From Pseudomonadota bacterium (GTDB lineage Bacteria; Bdellovibrionota_B; Oligoflexia; Oligoflexales; CAIYRB01), in assembly GCA_031416315.1 (NCBI GenBank), contig JANOTL010000121.1, forward strand, positions 1-43,331: DNA of 43,331 nt, read 5' to 3'. A program made the position numbers and the translations under genes. This document shows positions 18,064 to 27,317 of the stretch, piece by piece. Position 1 is the stretch's first letter; each line of letters begins with the position of its first letter. The notes under the pieces are model-generated. The model saw only the letters and a program-made list of their open reading frames with translations. It ran no database searches and had not been told where the DNA came from.

Positions 18064-19422
18064 ATGCGAACGAAACTTCTCCTCGCCGCGGCGCTCTTGG
18101 CGGCCGGCTGTAAACCGGGCACTCCCGCGACCGACTCCCAAGTGAAAGACTTCGCCTTCAAGGCGACGGCCGCGAACTACGCGGTGCTCTTCGGCAACGT
18201 CCTCGGCAACGACGATGACTCGCCGTCCTCCGACTTGCTGCGTTACGAGAACTACCTGCTGTCCGGCTACCTCGGCAAATTCGACGTCGTGCTCAAAGAT
18301 CACGCCGCCGGCAAGGCCGCCGTGCTCGCCGCGTTCGCCAAGATCGGCGAAAGTCTCACCGAAGATTCCACAGTTTTCGTCGCCTACACCGGCGAAGCGA
18401 AGAACGGCAAGCTCGCCGTGAAGGACGGCGAGCTCGCCGTCACCGAACTCGTCAACGCGCTCGGCGGCAAGAAAGCGGCTCGCTTCTTCATGTTCAGCGA
18501 CGCCGTCGGCAACGAGACCGGCAAATACTTCGCGAAGAACGATGTCGTGAAGGGCAGCTTCCGCCAGATCGTCGAGTTCCTCGCGTACTCGCCGGCCGTC
18601 AAAGCTGGCGCCGGCTCGAGCTACGCCGGTCGTCTCTCGGCCGAGTTCACCGGAGAGACCGATCGCGCCTACACCGAGTACAAAGCCAGCGGCAAAAACC
18701 CGACCTTGGCGAATTTCTTCGCCAACGTTCAGAAGGCCACCGCGAAGGTCGCCGGCGTCCGCCGCGCCGACTACTACGTCAACGACGCGAAGATCGTCGA
18801 GGAGCCGCTGCTCAACGACGCCACCTTCCCGAAGGTCGCCGCGCAAAAGCCGCTTCAATCCAACATCACCGCCCAAACCCCGGTCGCGCAAAGCCTGAGC
18901 CTCGCGTTCACGCGCACCGACGGGTCGGCCGGTAACCTCTCGAGCGACTTCAAAGACGCGACCTACATGCTGATCGAGATCTCGTCGCAGTGGTGTCAGC
19001 CTTGCGCCCTCGCCGCGACGCGGCTCGCCGCGAACGCCGCGCTTCAAGCCAAGTACAAAGCGGGCGGCTGTCACCAGACGACCTTGATCGTGAGCGACGG
19101 CGAAGAGCCGGACCTCGCCGGCAAGAGCTGTGGCTCGGCGCCGGCCAAGCTCTGCGCTTGGAACGGCTACCTGGAAGCCGCCAACCCGGCGCAAGCCGCG
19201 TCGGCGTACTCGCACTCCGTGCTGATCAACGAGACCGGTAAAGCGATCAACGCCGGCTTTCTTACGGGCCTCAACCCGCCCGAGGCGATCAAGCGCTACC
19301 CCTCCTTCTTCGTCGTCGACCGCGCCGGCCAAGTCGTGGCCACCGCGAGCACAGGCGCGGACGGCGCCAAGACTTCGGGTGAGGACGAGTCGGTCGCCTT
19401 CTTACTGCAGAACTGCAAATAG
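18064..19422 (+). CDS. Lipoprotein: degenerate caspase-like domain plus thioredoxin-like (WCQPC) domain
   Basis: GGAGG RBS; lipobox AAGC; YAVLFG, VFVAYTGEA, FMFSDAVG follow caspase strand order; SSQWCQPC and RYPSFFVVDRAGQV are TlpA/thioredoxin-like. Confidence 0.65.
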   Translation: MRTKLLLAAALLAAGCKPGTPATDSQVKDFAFKATAANYAVLFGNVLGNDDDSPSSDLLRYENYLLSGYLGKFDVVLKDHAAGKAAVLAAFAKIGESLTEDSTVFVAYTGEAKNGKLAVKDGELAVTELVNALGGKKAARFFMFSDAVGNETGKYFAKNDVVKGSFRQIVEFLAYSPAVKAGAGSSYAGRLSAEFTGETDRAYTEYKASGKNPTLANFFANVQKATAKVAGVRRADYYVNDAKIVEEPLLNDATFPKVAAQKPLQSNITAQTPVAQSLSLAFTRTDGSAGNLSSDFKDATYMLIEISSQWCQPCALAATRLAANAALQAKYKAGGCHQTTLIVSDGEEPDLAGKSCGSAPAKLCAWNGYLEAANPAQAASAYSHSVLINETGKAINAGFLTGLNPPEAIKRYPSFFVVDRAGQVVATASTGADGAKTSGEDESVAFLLQNCK

Positions 19423-19566
19423 GAGCTTTACTCACGGTACGACGCGCGCAGCGCGCGCTATGTGGACTACAGCCACGGCGTTCGCTTCGTAAGCCGGAAC
19501 GTCGTGGTGAACGGCCAACGGATCACGATCGATGGGCCGCTGGATCTGCTGCCGCTGCAGCTCTGA
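19423..19566 (+). pseudogene. Relic C-terminal fragment of a DYSHG-family protein (paralog of 26445..27317)
   Basis: Translates ARYVDYSHGVRFVSRNVVVNG, versus ELYADYSHGIRLVSNTMVVNG in the intact gene; no N-terminal part. Confidence 0.75.
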
Positions 19567-19590
19567 GGCAGCGCGCGCCGATTTTTGCCT

Positions 19591-20325
19591 TCAGAGCTTC
19601 AGCTTCTTAAACACCATCTCCGGAATGCTCTTGATCACCATCATGATGAACATCCAAAAGAACGGGACATAAGCCACATCCCGCTTCTTCAAGATCGCTT
19701 GATGGATACAACTTCCCGCTTTCGCCGCACTGACGAACAAGGGCCCCTGCGGCAAATGCGCCGTCATCGGCGTCGCCACGAATCCAGGCTTGATCGTGAC
19801 CACGTGCACGCCGCACTTCACCAACCGATTCCGCATTCCCGCCAAAAACGCCGTAAGCCCAGCTTTCGCCGCCCCGTACACGTAATTACTCTGCCGCCCC
19901 CGATCCCCGGCGACCGACGAGATCGCCGCGATCACGCCGGAGCGCTGCGCCTCGAACAAGTTCGCCAGTTCGGTGAGCAGCGCCACGTAACTCAAAAAGT
20001 TGACGCGCAGGATCTCCTCCGCGACCGCATAACTTTTCTCCGCCTCCTGCTGCACGCCAAGGCTTCCGTGCGCCACCAGGGCCACGTCAACCTTGTCGAA
20101 GGCCCCGCGAATCGCCCCGAGCACGATTCCGGCGCGCCCCACGTCGGCGAGATCCGCCGTCGCAACGCGCACGTCTTTCGCGCCTCGCGCCTTCAGGTCC
20201 TCCGCGACGTCGGCGAGCTTCTGTGCATCGCGACCGACCAAGAGGAAGGAGGCCCCGGTCGCCGCGAAGCAGCGGGCCGCTTCCTGCGCCATCGCCGAGC
20301 TTGCCCCAATCACGACGACGTTCAT
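19591..20325 (-). CDS. SDR family oxidoreductase, DprE2-like
   Basis: IGASSAMA, ISSVAGDRGRQSNYVYGAAKAG (YxxxK), IKPGFVATPMT; ATGA-coupled to the DprE1-like gene. Confidence 0.85.
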   Translation of the reverse strand: MNVVVIGASSAMAQEAARCFAATGASFLLVGRDAQKLADVAEDLKARGAKDVRVATADLADVGRAGIVLGAIRGAFDKVDVALVAHGSLGVQQEAEKSYAVAEEILRVNFLSYVALLTELANLFEAQRSGVIAAISSVAGDRGRQSNYVYGAAKAGLTAFLAGMRNRLVKCGVHVVTIKPGFVATPMTAHLPQGPLFVSAAKAGSCIHQAILKKRDVAYVPFFWMFIMMVIKSIPEMVFKKLKL

Positions 20326-21656
20326 GCTCCACTCCCATCCGCAGTGACGCGCCGCCAGAAATCAGACGAGAAGGACGGATCCACGTGCGCGGCGAACTCG
20401 CGCCAGCGCGGAAACGAGCACTGGAACGTCGCCGGCGTCATCACGCCGTCTTTCGCGGGATAGACGCGTCCCCCGTGCGCCGCAATCCTGCGGTCGAGCT
20501 CGGCGAGGAAGGCCGGCGCACCGCCGTTGTTGGCGAAATCGAGCGCCAGATTGATGCCCGGCATCGGGAAGGACATCATCCCCGGCGAAGCGAGGTCGCC
20601 AAAGCGCTTCAGCACGGCGAGAAAGCTGCCGCGCCCGGAGTCGGCGATCAGCTTCAAGATCTCCGTGAAACCCGCCTCGCCGCCTACCGGCAGAACGAAC
20701 TGCACCTGGAAGAAGCCGCGCTTGCCGTAAGCCAGGTTCCAGCCGCTGACCGCGTCGAGCGGATAGAAGAACGGCTCGTAGTGCACCGTGTGCACGCGCC
20801 GCTTCTCGACATGGCGGCGGTAGAACGTCTCATTGAAGATCTTCATGATCGGCGTCGAGAGCGCCAGGCCCGGCAGCTCCATGGGCAGCGAGATCTTCGG
20901 CGCTTTGTGCACCGTCTTCTTGCCCTCGGCCGCCCAACGCCCGCGGAAAAAGACGCCGCGGCCAAACTTCTCGCCGGTGCCGAGGCAGTCGACCCAGGCG
21001 ACCGTGAACGGAAACTGCGCCGCCGACTCCTTCTCCAGGGCGAAGAACTCGTCCAAGCTTCCGAACTTGATCACCTCCTCGTCGATCATCGCCGAAGGGA
21101 TCCGCTCCAGCTCGAGCTCGACCCAGGAAAGGAGCCCCGTGAGCCCAAGCCCGCCGATCGTCGCGGCGAAGAGCTCGGGATTTTCCGTCCTGCTGCATTC
21201 CCGCGGCCCGCCGCCGTCCGTGCGCCAGAGCTCGAAGCGCCGCACGTAGCGCCCGATCGTGCCCGCGCCGTGGTGATTCTTCCCGTGCACGTCGTTGGCG
21301 ACGGCGCCGCCGATGGTGACGAATTTCGTCCCCGGCGTTACGGGAATAAAGAAGCCGGCCGGCACGATCACCTCGAGAAGGCGCCCGATGCTGGTCCCCG
21401 CCTCGCAGCGTACGATCCCGTTCTCGCGGTCGAAGCTGATCAGGCGGTCGAGGCCGCCCGTGTCGATCAGGAGGCCGCCGTCGTTAAGACACGAGTCGCC
21501 GTAGCTACGCCCCAGCCCGTAAGGCAGGACCTTCTGGTCGAATCCCGCGCGAAAGAGCGTCGCCAGGTCGTCCCGCCAGCTCGGGCGCACGACGCGATGC
21601 GAGGGCCTTTGGACGCGGCCCCACGATAAATGCCGCTGGGAGCTGAGAGAAATCAT
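20322..21656 (-). CDS. FAD-binding oxidoreductase, DprE1-like
   Basis: GLGRSYGDS, PVTPGTKFVTIGGAVANDVHGKNHH, ATIGGLGLTG, FFYPLD, GRVYPAKD. Confidence 0.9.
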   Translation of the reverse strand: MISLSSQRHLSWGRVQRPSHRVVRPSWRDDLATLFRAGFDQKVLPYGLGRSYGDSCLNDGGLLIDTGGLDRLISFDRENGIVRCEAGTSIGRLLEVIVPAGFFIPVTPGTKFVTIGGAVANDVHGKNHHGAGTIGRYVRRFELWRTDGGGPRECSRTENPELFAATIGGLGLTGLLSWVELELERIPSAMIDEEVIKFGSLDEFFALEKESAAQFPFTVAWVDCLGTGEKFGRGVFFRGRWAAEGKKTVHKAPKISLPMELPGLALSTPIMKIFNETFYRRHVEKRRVHTVHYEPFFYPLDAVSGWNLAYGKRGFFQVQFVLPVGGEAGFTEILKLIADSGRGSFLAVLKRFGDLASPGMMSFPMPGINLALDFANNGGAPAFLAELDRRIAAHGGRVYPAKDGVMTPATFQCSFPRWREFAAHVDPSFSSDFWRRVTADGSGA

Positions 21657-23081
21657 TCAGAGTGTGCCGCTCGCGACGAGCCAGATGACTGCCATGATGG
21701 CGATGATGATGTAGCTCGCCCGATCTTTCAACGAATACACGAGCGGATCGCTGTGCATCTCGCCGCGATGCGCCTTCAGCCACATGCGGCTCACCCAATA
21801 CAGAAGAAAGGGGCAGACGAACCAGATGAACTCGGGCCGCGCGTAAGACCCGGAGTTCTGCTCCGCGTTCGCGTAGAGGCAGAGCACCAGGACGGAGATA
21901 TAACCGCTGGAGGAACCGAAGCTGATGAGCTGCGTCAGATCCGCGACGCGATAGCCGCGCCGCTTGTTCTCCATGCCTGCCTGCTTTTGCGTCAGGATCA
22001 GCTCGCCGACCCGCTTCACCAGGGCGAGACTGAGGAAGAGGAAGCCGAAGAAGGCGAGAAACCAGGACGAGAGCTTGATCTCGGTCGCGACGGAGCCGGC
22101 GAAGACGCGCCAAGCGTAAAGGAAGGCCAAGATCAGAACGTCGGCGAGCACGACCTCCTTCAGCCGCAGCGAATACGCCAAGGTAACGGCGTAATATCCT
22201 AGTAAAACTCCTAAAAACTTCGCCCCGAGCGTAGCGCCGATGCCCATCCCGAGGAGGAAGAGGAAGGGCGTCAGCACCAGACCGAAGTGCAGCGGCAGAT
22301 CGCCCGAGGCGAACGGCCGGCGTTTCTTGTCGAGATGGCGGCGATCGGAGTCGAGATCCAGGAGGTCGTTCAGGAGGTAGACCGAAGAGCTCGTGAAGGT
22401 GAAGGCGAAGAACGCGGTGATGGCCGCGATCAGGACGTTCGGCTCGAGGATCCGGTGGGCGAAGAGCGCGGGCGCGAAGATCAGGACGTTCTTCGCCCAC
22501 TGATGCACGCGCATCGCCTTTAGGACCAGCTTGATGCGGCTCTTGCGGTCCTCGTACACCGCTTCGACCGGACAAACCGCCTCGACGCGCGCGCGCGTGA
22601 GACCGGGGCTCGGATTGACGATGTGCGCCTCGCCCGAAGCCTTCCAAACGGCGACGTCAACGTGGTCGTTCCCGGCGTAAGCGAAGCGCTTCTCGCCGAA
22701 ATGCGCGGTCAGCGCCTCGGCCTTTCGGGTTCCAGCGAGGTTCACTTTCTCGTCCGAGGCCAATACCTCGGCGAAGATTCCTACGTGCGCCGCGACCTTT
22801 TCCGCCGCGCGCCGCGAGGTCGCCGTGGTCAAGAGGATCTTGCGTCCCAGGGCGTGCTCGCGCTTCAAATAAGCCAGAAACTCGACGTTGTAAGGCAGGC
22901 ACTCGACGTCAATGTCGACGCGGGAGAAAATCTCGTGCTTAAAGGCCGCCTTGCCCTTGAGGAGCCAGAACGGCACCTTGAGCAGCGACGCAGGGCTCTC
23001 TTTCGCCAGCTGCATGACCGCCTCGATCAAGAGGTCAGTCTTGATTAGGGTGCCGTCGAGATCCACTGCGAGCGGAAGCAT
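21657..23081 (-). CDS. HAD hydrolase-UbiA prenyltransferase fusion (polyprenyl-phosphate phosphoribosyltransferase-like)
   Basis: N-terminal VDLDGTL and YAGNDHVD; RVHQWAKN, NDLLDLDSDRRH..KKRRPFASG, YSLRLK, LALVKR. Confidence 0.9.
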   Translation of the reverse strand: MLPLAVDLDGTLIKTDLLIEAVMQLAKESPASLLKVPFWLLKGKAAFKHEIFSRVDIDVECLPYNVEFLAYLKREHALGRKILLTTATSRRAAEKVAAHVGIFAEVLASDEKVNLAGTRKAEALTAHFGEKRFAYAGNDHVDVAVWKASGEAHIVNPSPGLTRARVEAVCPVEAVYEDRKSRIKLVLKAMRVHQWAKNVLIFAPALFAHRILEPNVLIAAITAFFAFTFTSSSVYLLNDLLDLDSDRRHLDKKRRPFASGDLPLHFGLVLTPFLFLLGMGIGATLGAKFLGVLLGYYAVTLAYSLRLKEVVLADVLILAFLYAWRVFAGSVATEIKLSSWFLAFFGFLFLSLALVKRVGELILTQKQAGMENKRRGYRVADLTQLISFGSSSGYISVLVLCLYANAEQNSGSYARPEFIWFVCPFLLYWVSRMWLKAHRGEMHSDPLVYSLKDRASYIIIAIMAVIWLVASGTL

Positions 23082-23084
23082 GGG

Positions 23085-24065
23085 TCAGCGGTCCTTACAG
23101 CAACGGAAGCTGAGGTGATAGTTGTGGTGACTGTGATCGTCCATGACGCGGCTGCCGTGCCAGTAGGGCGCGCGCCAGCGGCACCAGTCCTCGTGCGCTT
23201 GAAACTTGTCCCAGATGAACCAGCTGCCCTTCATCTCCGTGTGGCCGAGCTTCGAGCCCTTGCTGGCGCTCTCGCTCGGGTCGGTCGGCAGGTTCATGTG
23301 CTCGGCGGCGTTGCCGTTCAAGTCGTAGACGCCGAGGCTCGAATGGCACTCGGAGAAGCTGCCGGCCGGATACGTGTTCGAGCCGCAGTTCTTCCAGTCG
23401 CCGCCGTTGCAGTTCGCCGCCTTCGTGCTGTTCTGCGCGCAGACGCCCTTCTTGAACGCCGGACCGTAGCTCCAACTGCGCTTCGCCTGCTTCGCGTTGT
23501 GCGCGCTGCGCAGGATACGGAACGCGTCCGCGCCTTTCGCGCCGTTCAGCTTGTCATACGCGTAGTCCGGCGGCGTGAGCGCGCCGGCGCAGGCGCCTTC
23601 CCACTCGTGCGCGTCGCACATCCGCTTGCCGGCCATCGCGCAGATTTCCTGCGCCTCCTTCGCCTTCACCCAGACGACCGGGAACTCGCAGGGGATGTTC
23701 GGAAACTCGAACTGATCGATACAGGTCTTCGCGTCCTCGGGCTTTTGCGTCGCCGGGTCGTAGAGAGGCGCCATGTACTTGTTGCCGCAGATCTTCTCCC
23801 ACTGCGGGTTCTCGAAGACGGCGCCCGCCTTCTTGGCGCGATCCTCGCATTGCTCGCGGGTCATGGGGTGCTGCGTCACGTCGGGATTGCCTTGACCCAT
23901 GACGGCGCCGGCGGCGAACGCCGCCTTCATCTTCGAGAGCTGTGCGTCGGTGAGCCCGTGCACGTCATTCAAACGCTTGAAAAGGGCGTCATTTTGCTCC
24001 GCGAGCGTGGCGGCGTGGGCGACCGGACTTAAGACCAATAGGAGAGAGCAGAAAAGCTTACGCAC
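23085..24065 (-). CDS. Exported SUMF1/FGE-sulfatase-fold protein
   Basis: Signal peptide; CIDQFEFPN, GKRMCDAHEWEGAC, GVYDLNGNAAEH, SFRCC. Confidence 0.8.
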   Translation of the reverse strand: MRKLFCSLLLVLSPVAHAATLAEQNDALFKRLNDVHGLTDAQLSKMKAAFAAGAVMGQGNPDVTQHPMTREQCEDRAKKAGAVFENPQWEKICGNKYMAPLYDPATQKPEDAKTCIDQFEFPNIPCEFPVVWVKAKEAQEICAMAGKRMCDAHEWEGACAGALTPPDYAYDKLNGAKGADAFRILRSAHNAKQAKRSWSYGPAFKKGVCAQNSTKAANCNGGDWKNCGSNTYPAGSFSECHSSLGVYDLNGNAAEHMNLPTDPSESASKGSKLGHTEMKGSWFIWDKFQAHEDWCRWRAPYWHGSRVMDDHSHHNYHLSFRCCKDR

Positions 24066-24080
24066 CGTTGTTTTCGTCCT

Positions 24081-26207
24081 TTACTTGCGCCAGAGGTAGA
24101 AGAAGTCGCGATTGTCCGGGAAGCCGATGAATCGCGGGATCGAGTGGTCCTTGAAGCTCTTGTCGACCGCCTTCATGCCGTTGACCAGGTGCTCGGCCGT
24201 GATGTTCTTGCCGTCCGTCGGGAAGACGGAGAGGTAGGTGTGCTCCAAAGCGTTCATGTCGAGATGCATGGCGTAATCGCAGTTGTAGGCCTGGAAGACC
24301 CGGGCCATCACGCTCGGCGTCGCGCTGGAGAAGTAGCCGTAGATCAGATAGCGCTTGTTGCCGCTTCGCTGGGAGCAGATGCCGGCGCGGAGCGTGCGGA
24401 ACTTGCTGTCCTCGGAGCCGGACCAGTTGCCGGCGCCCCAGTTTTTCACTTGCGCGCCCGGCATGCCGTTCTCGATGATCGCGACGCCGTTTTGCCGCGC
24501 GAAAGCCACGTCTTTGAGCCTCTCGTTATCGGCCACGGTCCAGGTCTTGAGCTCGACGCGCCCGTCGCGGTAGACGGCCAGCGTCGACAGGCCAGGATTC
24601 ATGCGGCTGAAGACGACGCCGCCCTCGATAAAGCCGTAGTGGCTGCCTTCGTTGATGTTGGAGAGCGTTCCCCACTTGAAGGCGCCGTGGTCCCGCTTGA
24701 AGCCGCCGGTGAAGGTGGCGACGACCTTGCGGGAGAGGTTCGGGTTCACCATGCCCGTGGCGACCAGGGGCTCCCAGTCGCCGAAGCCGTCGGGGCCGCC
24801 GACATTGCGATCGACCATGGACGGCATCGCGCGCGCCGACCAGTCGACCTGCGGATGATCCGTACCGAGGCCGAAGCCGATGTCGAAGCGCGCCATATCG
24901 AAGGCGACGAGATAATTTTGGCCGGTCGCCTCGACGGCGTCGAGACCGGTGACGAGGTCGGTGTGGCTCCGCATGACGGTCTGATCGATCTTCGCCGGCA
25001 CGATCGCCGAGACGAAGACGCCCTTGTTCGCCGGGTTTTCGTACCAGCGCCCGACGAGCATCTTCTTGCCGTCCTCGAGCTTCGCCGTGATGCCCAGCTC
25101 GCGCGGCTCCAGAAGCGCGTTCTCGTGCGCCTTCTCGATCGTCGCCGGCTGCGGGCCGGTGCTGTCGTCGTGGCGGGAGGCGGAGCCGTCGCCGCCTTCG
25201 GTGGTATCGCCTTCGATCAGGAACTTGTCTTTGAAGAGCTTCTCCTTCACGAAGCTCGTGATCGACTCGCCGCCCCAGACGTTCTCGCGTAGGAACTCGA
25301 CCACCCATTCCTTCGTCGTCTTCTGGCCCTGCACCTTGGCGCGCAGGTACACGCGGCCGTCGCAGAGCGGACCGAAGGCATTCTTCGAGTCGCGGATCTT
25401 CTTCACGTCGTCTAGGAAGTCCTTCGACCAGATGTCGCAGATCACCTCGCCGGCGGCGCTCGTGAGGCGCAAGCCGCCCGGCGCGAGTGCGACGCGTTGA
25501 TTGCGCGAGTCGCCGTTCTCCAGATGGAGCTTCTCTTGGCGCTTCGACGCCTTCGTGTCGAGGCTCAGCAGGAACCAGGCGTTGACGCTCGGATTGAGGT
25601 TGGTGAGCGTAGCCTTGCCGACGGCCTTGCCGCGTTCGAGCAACTCCTGCTCGGAGACCTCTTTGAAGGCCTGGAAATCGACGATCGAACGCGCGGCGAC
25701 CTTGGCCTTGCCGCCGCCCAGGTTCTTGCGCAGCTCTTCGCGCGGCGTCGGCGGCGTGTTTTTCTCGGCGCGCGCCGCTTCGGCGACTTCCGGTGCCGCG
25801 GCGGGAACCGCCTCCATCGCCTCCGCCTCGGAGGCAGTCACGGTGCTCGGCGCGGCCACGGGAGCCAGCGTCGGCCCCGCAACGCTCGGCGGAGCCGGAT
25901 CATGAAAAGCCGCCGCTCCCGGCAGCGCCGAAGACTCCGGAACCGCGGCACGAGCGGCGCCCGGCAGCACGCGCTCCGCCGCAGGCAACGCCGCGGCCTC
26001 CTTGGGCTCCGCGTCGGCGGTCGAAGACGGGCCGGCCGGCGCCGGCTGGACTTGCGTCTGTGCTTCGGCCGGCACTTCCTGCGTAGCGGCAGGCGCGGCC
26101 TCGCCAGCGGCCGACATCATCATCGCATCGTCGCCGAGCGCGCTCGAGGTCGCGACGGATGCCGCAGCGACGATCAGGGTCGACGTCAGTATTTTCAGCC
26201 GTCTCAT
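24081..26207 (-). CDS. Exported protein with C-terminal phosphodiester-glycosidase (NAGPA)-like domain
   Basis: Signal peptide, Ala/Pro linker; VATFTGGFK, TLAVYRDG, FARQN, TLRAGIC, YAMHLDMN resemble NAGPA-like motifs. Confidence 0.6.
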   Translation of the reverse strand: MRRLKILTSTLIVAAASVATSSALGDDAMMMSAAGEAAPAATQEVPAEAQTQVQPAPAGPSSTADAEPKEAAALPAAERVLPGAARAAVPESSALPGAAAFHDPAPPSVAGPTLAPVAAPSTVTASEAEAMEAVPAAAPEVAEAARAEKNTPPTPREELRKNLGGGKAKVAARSIVDFQAFKEVSEQELLERGKAVGKATLTNLNPSVNAWFLLSLDTKASKRQEKLHLENGDSRNQRVALAPGGLRLTSAAGEVICDIWSKDFLDDVKKIRDSKNAFGPLCDGRVYLRAKVQGQKTTKEWVVEFLRENVWGGESITSFVKEKLFKDKFLIEGDTTEGGDGSASRHDDSTGPQPATIEKAHENALLEPRELGITAKLEDGKKMLVGRWYENPANKGVFVSAIVPAKIDQTVMRSHTDLVTGLDAVEATGQNYLVAFDMARFDIGFGLGTDHPQVDWSARAMPSMVDRNVGGPDGFGDWEPLVATGMVNPNLSRKVVATFTGGFKRDHGAFKWGTLSNINEGSHYGFIEGGVVFSRMNPGLSTLAVYRDGRVELKTWTVADNERLKDVAFARQNGVAIIENGMPGAQVKNWGAGNWSGSEDSKFRTLRAGICSQRSGNKRYLIYGYFSSATPSVMARVFQAYNCDYAMHLDMNALEHTYLSVFPTDGKNITAEHLVNGMKAVDKSFKDHSIPRFIGFPDNRDFFYLWRK

Positions 26208-26444
26208 CAGCTCTCTCTACGCTCGGATTCACTCAGTCTCTGGGCCATTTATCGAACGGCTTTTGGCGAACCTGATCATTTCTTTTCGCCTCGTCCAAAC
26301 GCCGGGCCGTAAGCCCGAAGACCCTGGGCGATTCGCGCGCCTTCTCGCTGCTTTGCCAAACCCGACTCCGGCCCTTTCTCAAGGCCCCTGTGTTACATTG
26401 TTACGGAAGGAAATCATGCATTTCGCCTGCTCCGGAGCCGTTCG

Positions 26445-27317
26445 ATGCGCGCCTCGTCCCTCGTCGCCCTCGTCCTCGCGCTCACCGGCTGCGCCAACCT
26501 AGGCATCTTCGGCGACGAAGATTTTGCCGTGTCGGGGGACGCCCCCTCCGACGGCGCCATCCCGCGCCGTCCCGCCAATGCCATGCGCGGCTCGGAGTTC
26601 CTGAGATACGTGGAGAAGATGTCCGTCGAGCAGCGCGAGGCCGCCATCCTGAAAGAGGCGCGCAGCGGCAACATCCCCGGATTTCTACGCCGTCTGCAGC
26701 CGGTCAAGGTGACCTCCGAGCAAGGCGGTCAGGTCGTCGAGGGGGTCTTTTGGACCATGCCCGACTACCTCGCGATCGGCTCCAACGACGACAACGCCTA
26801 CATGCCGATGAACCCGATCACCGCGCAAAAAGTCGCCGACCATTTCGGCTTCATCCTCCCGACCCGCAAGATGGTGGACGAGATTCACGGGCGCGCCAAA
26901 GTGCAGCTGAAGCCCGCGCCGATGAAACCAGGGCCGTCGATGGCGACGACGGACTACTACCGAAAGCACGACGAGGCGATCAAGACGCAGATGAGCGGCA
27001 TCGCGGCCGGCACCTTGGTCTCGGGCCACAAGAAGGACGTCGTCCTAAGCAATTTGCTCTGCCAAGTGAAGCGCCGCGTCGCGATCTACGGCTGGCACAA
27101 AGAGGACGGCCGCCCGATCCAGCCGCTCAGCACCGTGCACGGCGAGCTCTACGCCGACTACAGCCACGGGATTCGGCTCGTGAGCAATACCATGGTCGTC
27201 AACGGCGTGGAGCACCCCGTCGTCGAAGTCCTGCAGAACACGCGTTGGGCGCCGCTCATCTCCGACGAGGGCATCCTGCGCCAGGTGCGCATCGCGATCG
27301 ACTGCCGCGACTGCTGA
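26445..27317 (+). CDS. Lipoprotein of unknown function (GHKKD / IYGWH / DYSHG motifs)
   Basis: Lipobox LTGC; MPDYLAIGS, LPTRKMVDEI, SGHKKDVV, AIYGWH, VHGELYADYSHGIRLV, ISDEG. Confidence 0.75.
   Translation: MRASSLVALVLALTGCANLGIFGDEDFAVSGDAPSDGAIPRRPANAMRGSEFLRYVEKMSVEQREAAILKEARSGNIPGFLRRLQPVKVTSEQGGQVVEGVFWTMPDYLAIGSNDDNAYMPMNPITAQKVADHFGFILPTRKMVDEIHGRAKVQLKPAPMKPGPSMATTDYYRKHDEAIKTQMSGIAAGTLVSGHKKDVVLSNLLCQVKRRVAIYGWHKEDGRPIQPLSTVHGELYADYSHGIRLVSNTMVVNGVEHPVVEVLQNTRWAPLISDEGILRQVRIAIDCRDC

Noticed and set aside
19420..19422. Genome-wide amber recoding
   Set aside because: Other genes (ending 9491, 28808, 31725) terminate normally at TAG after complete domains.
26391..26404. TGTTAC direct repeat upstream of the DYSHG lipoprotein
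   Set aside because: Only two 6-mers with 8-bp period; too weak to call an operator.
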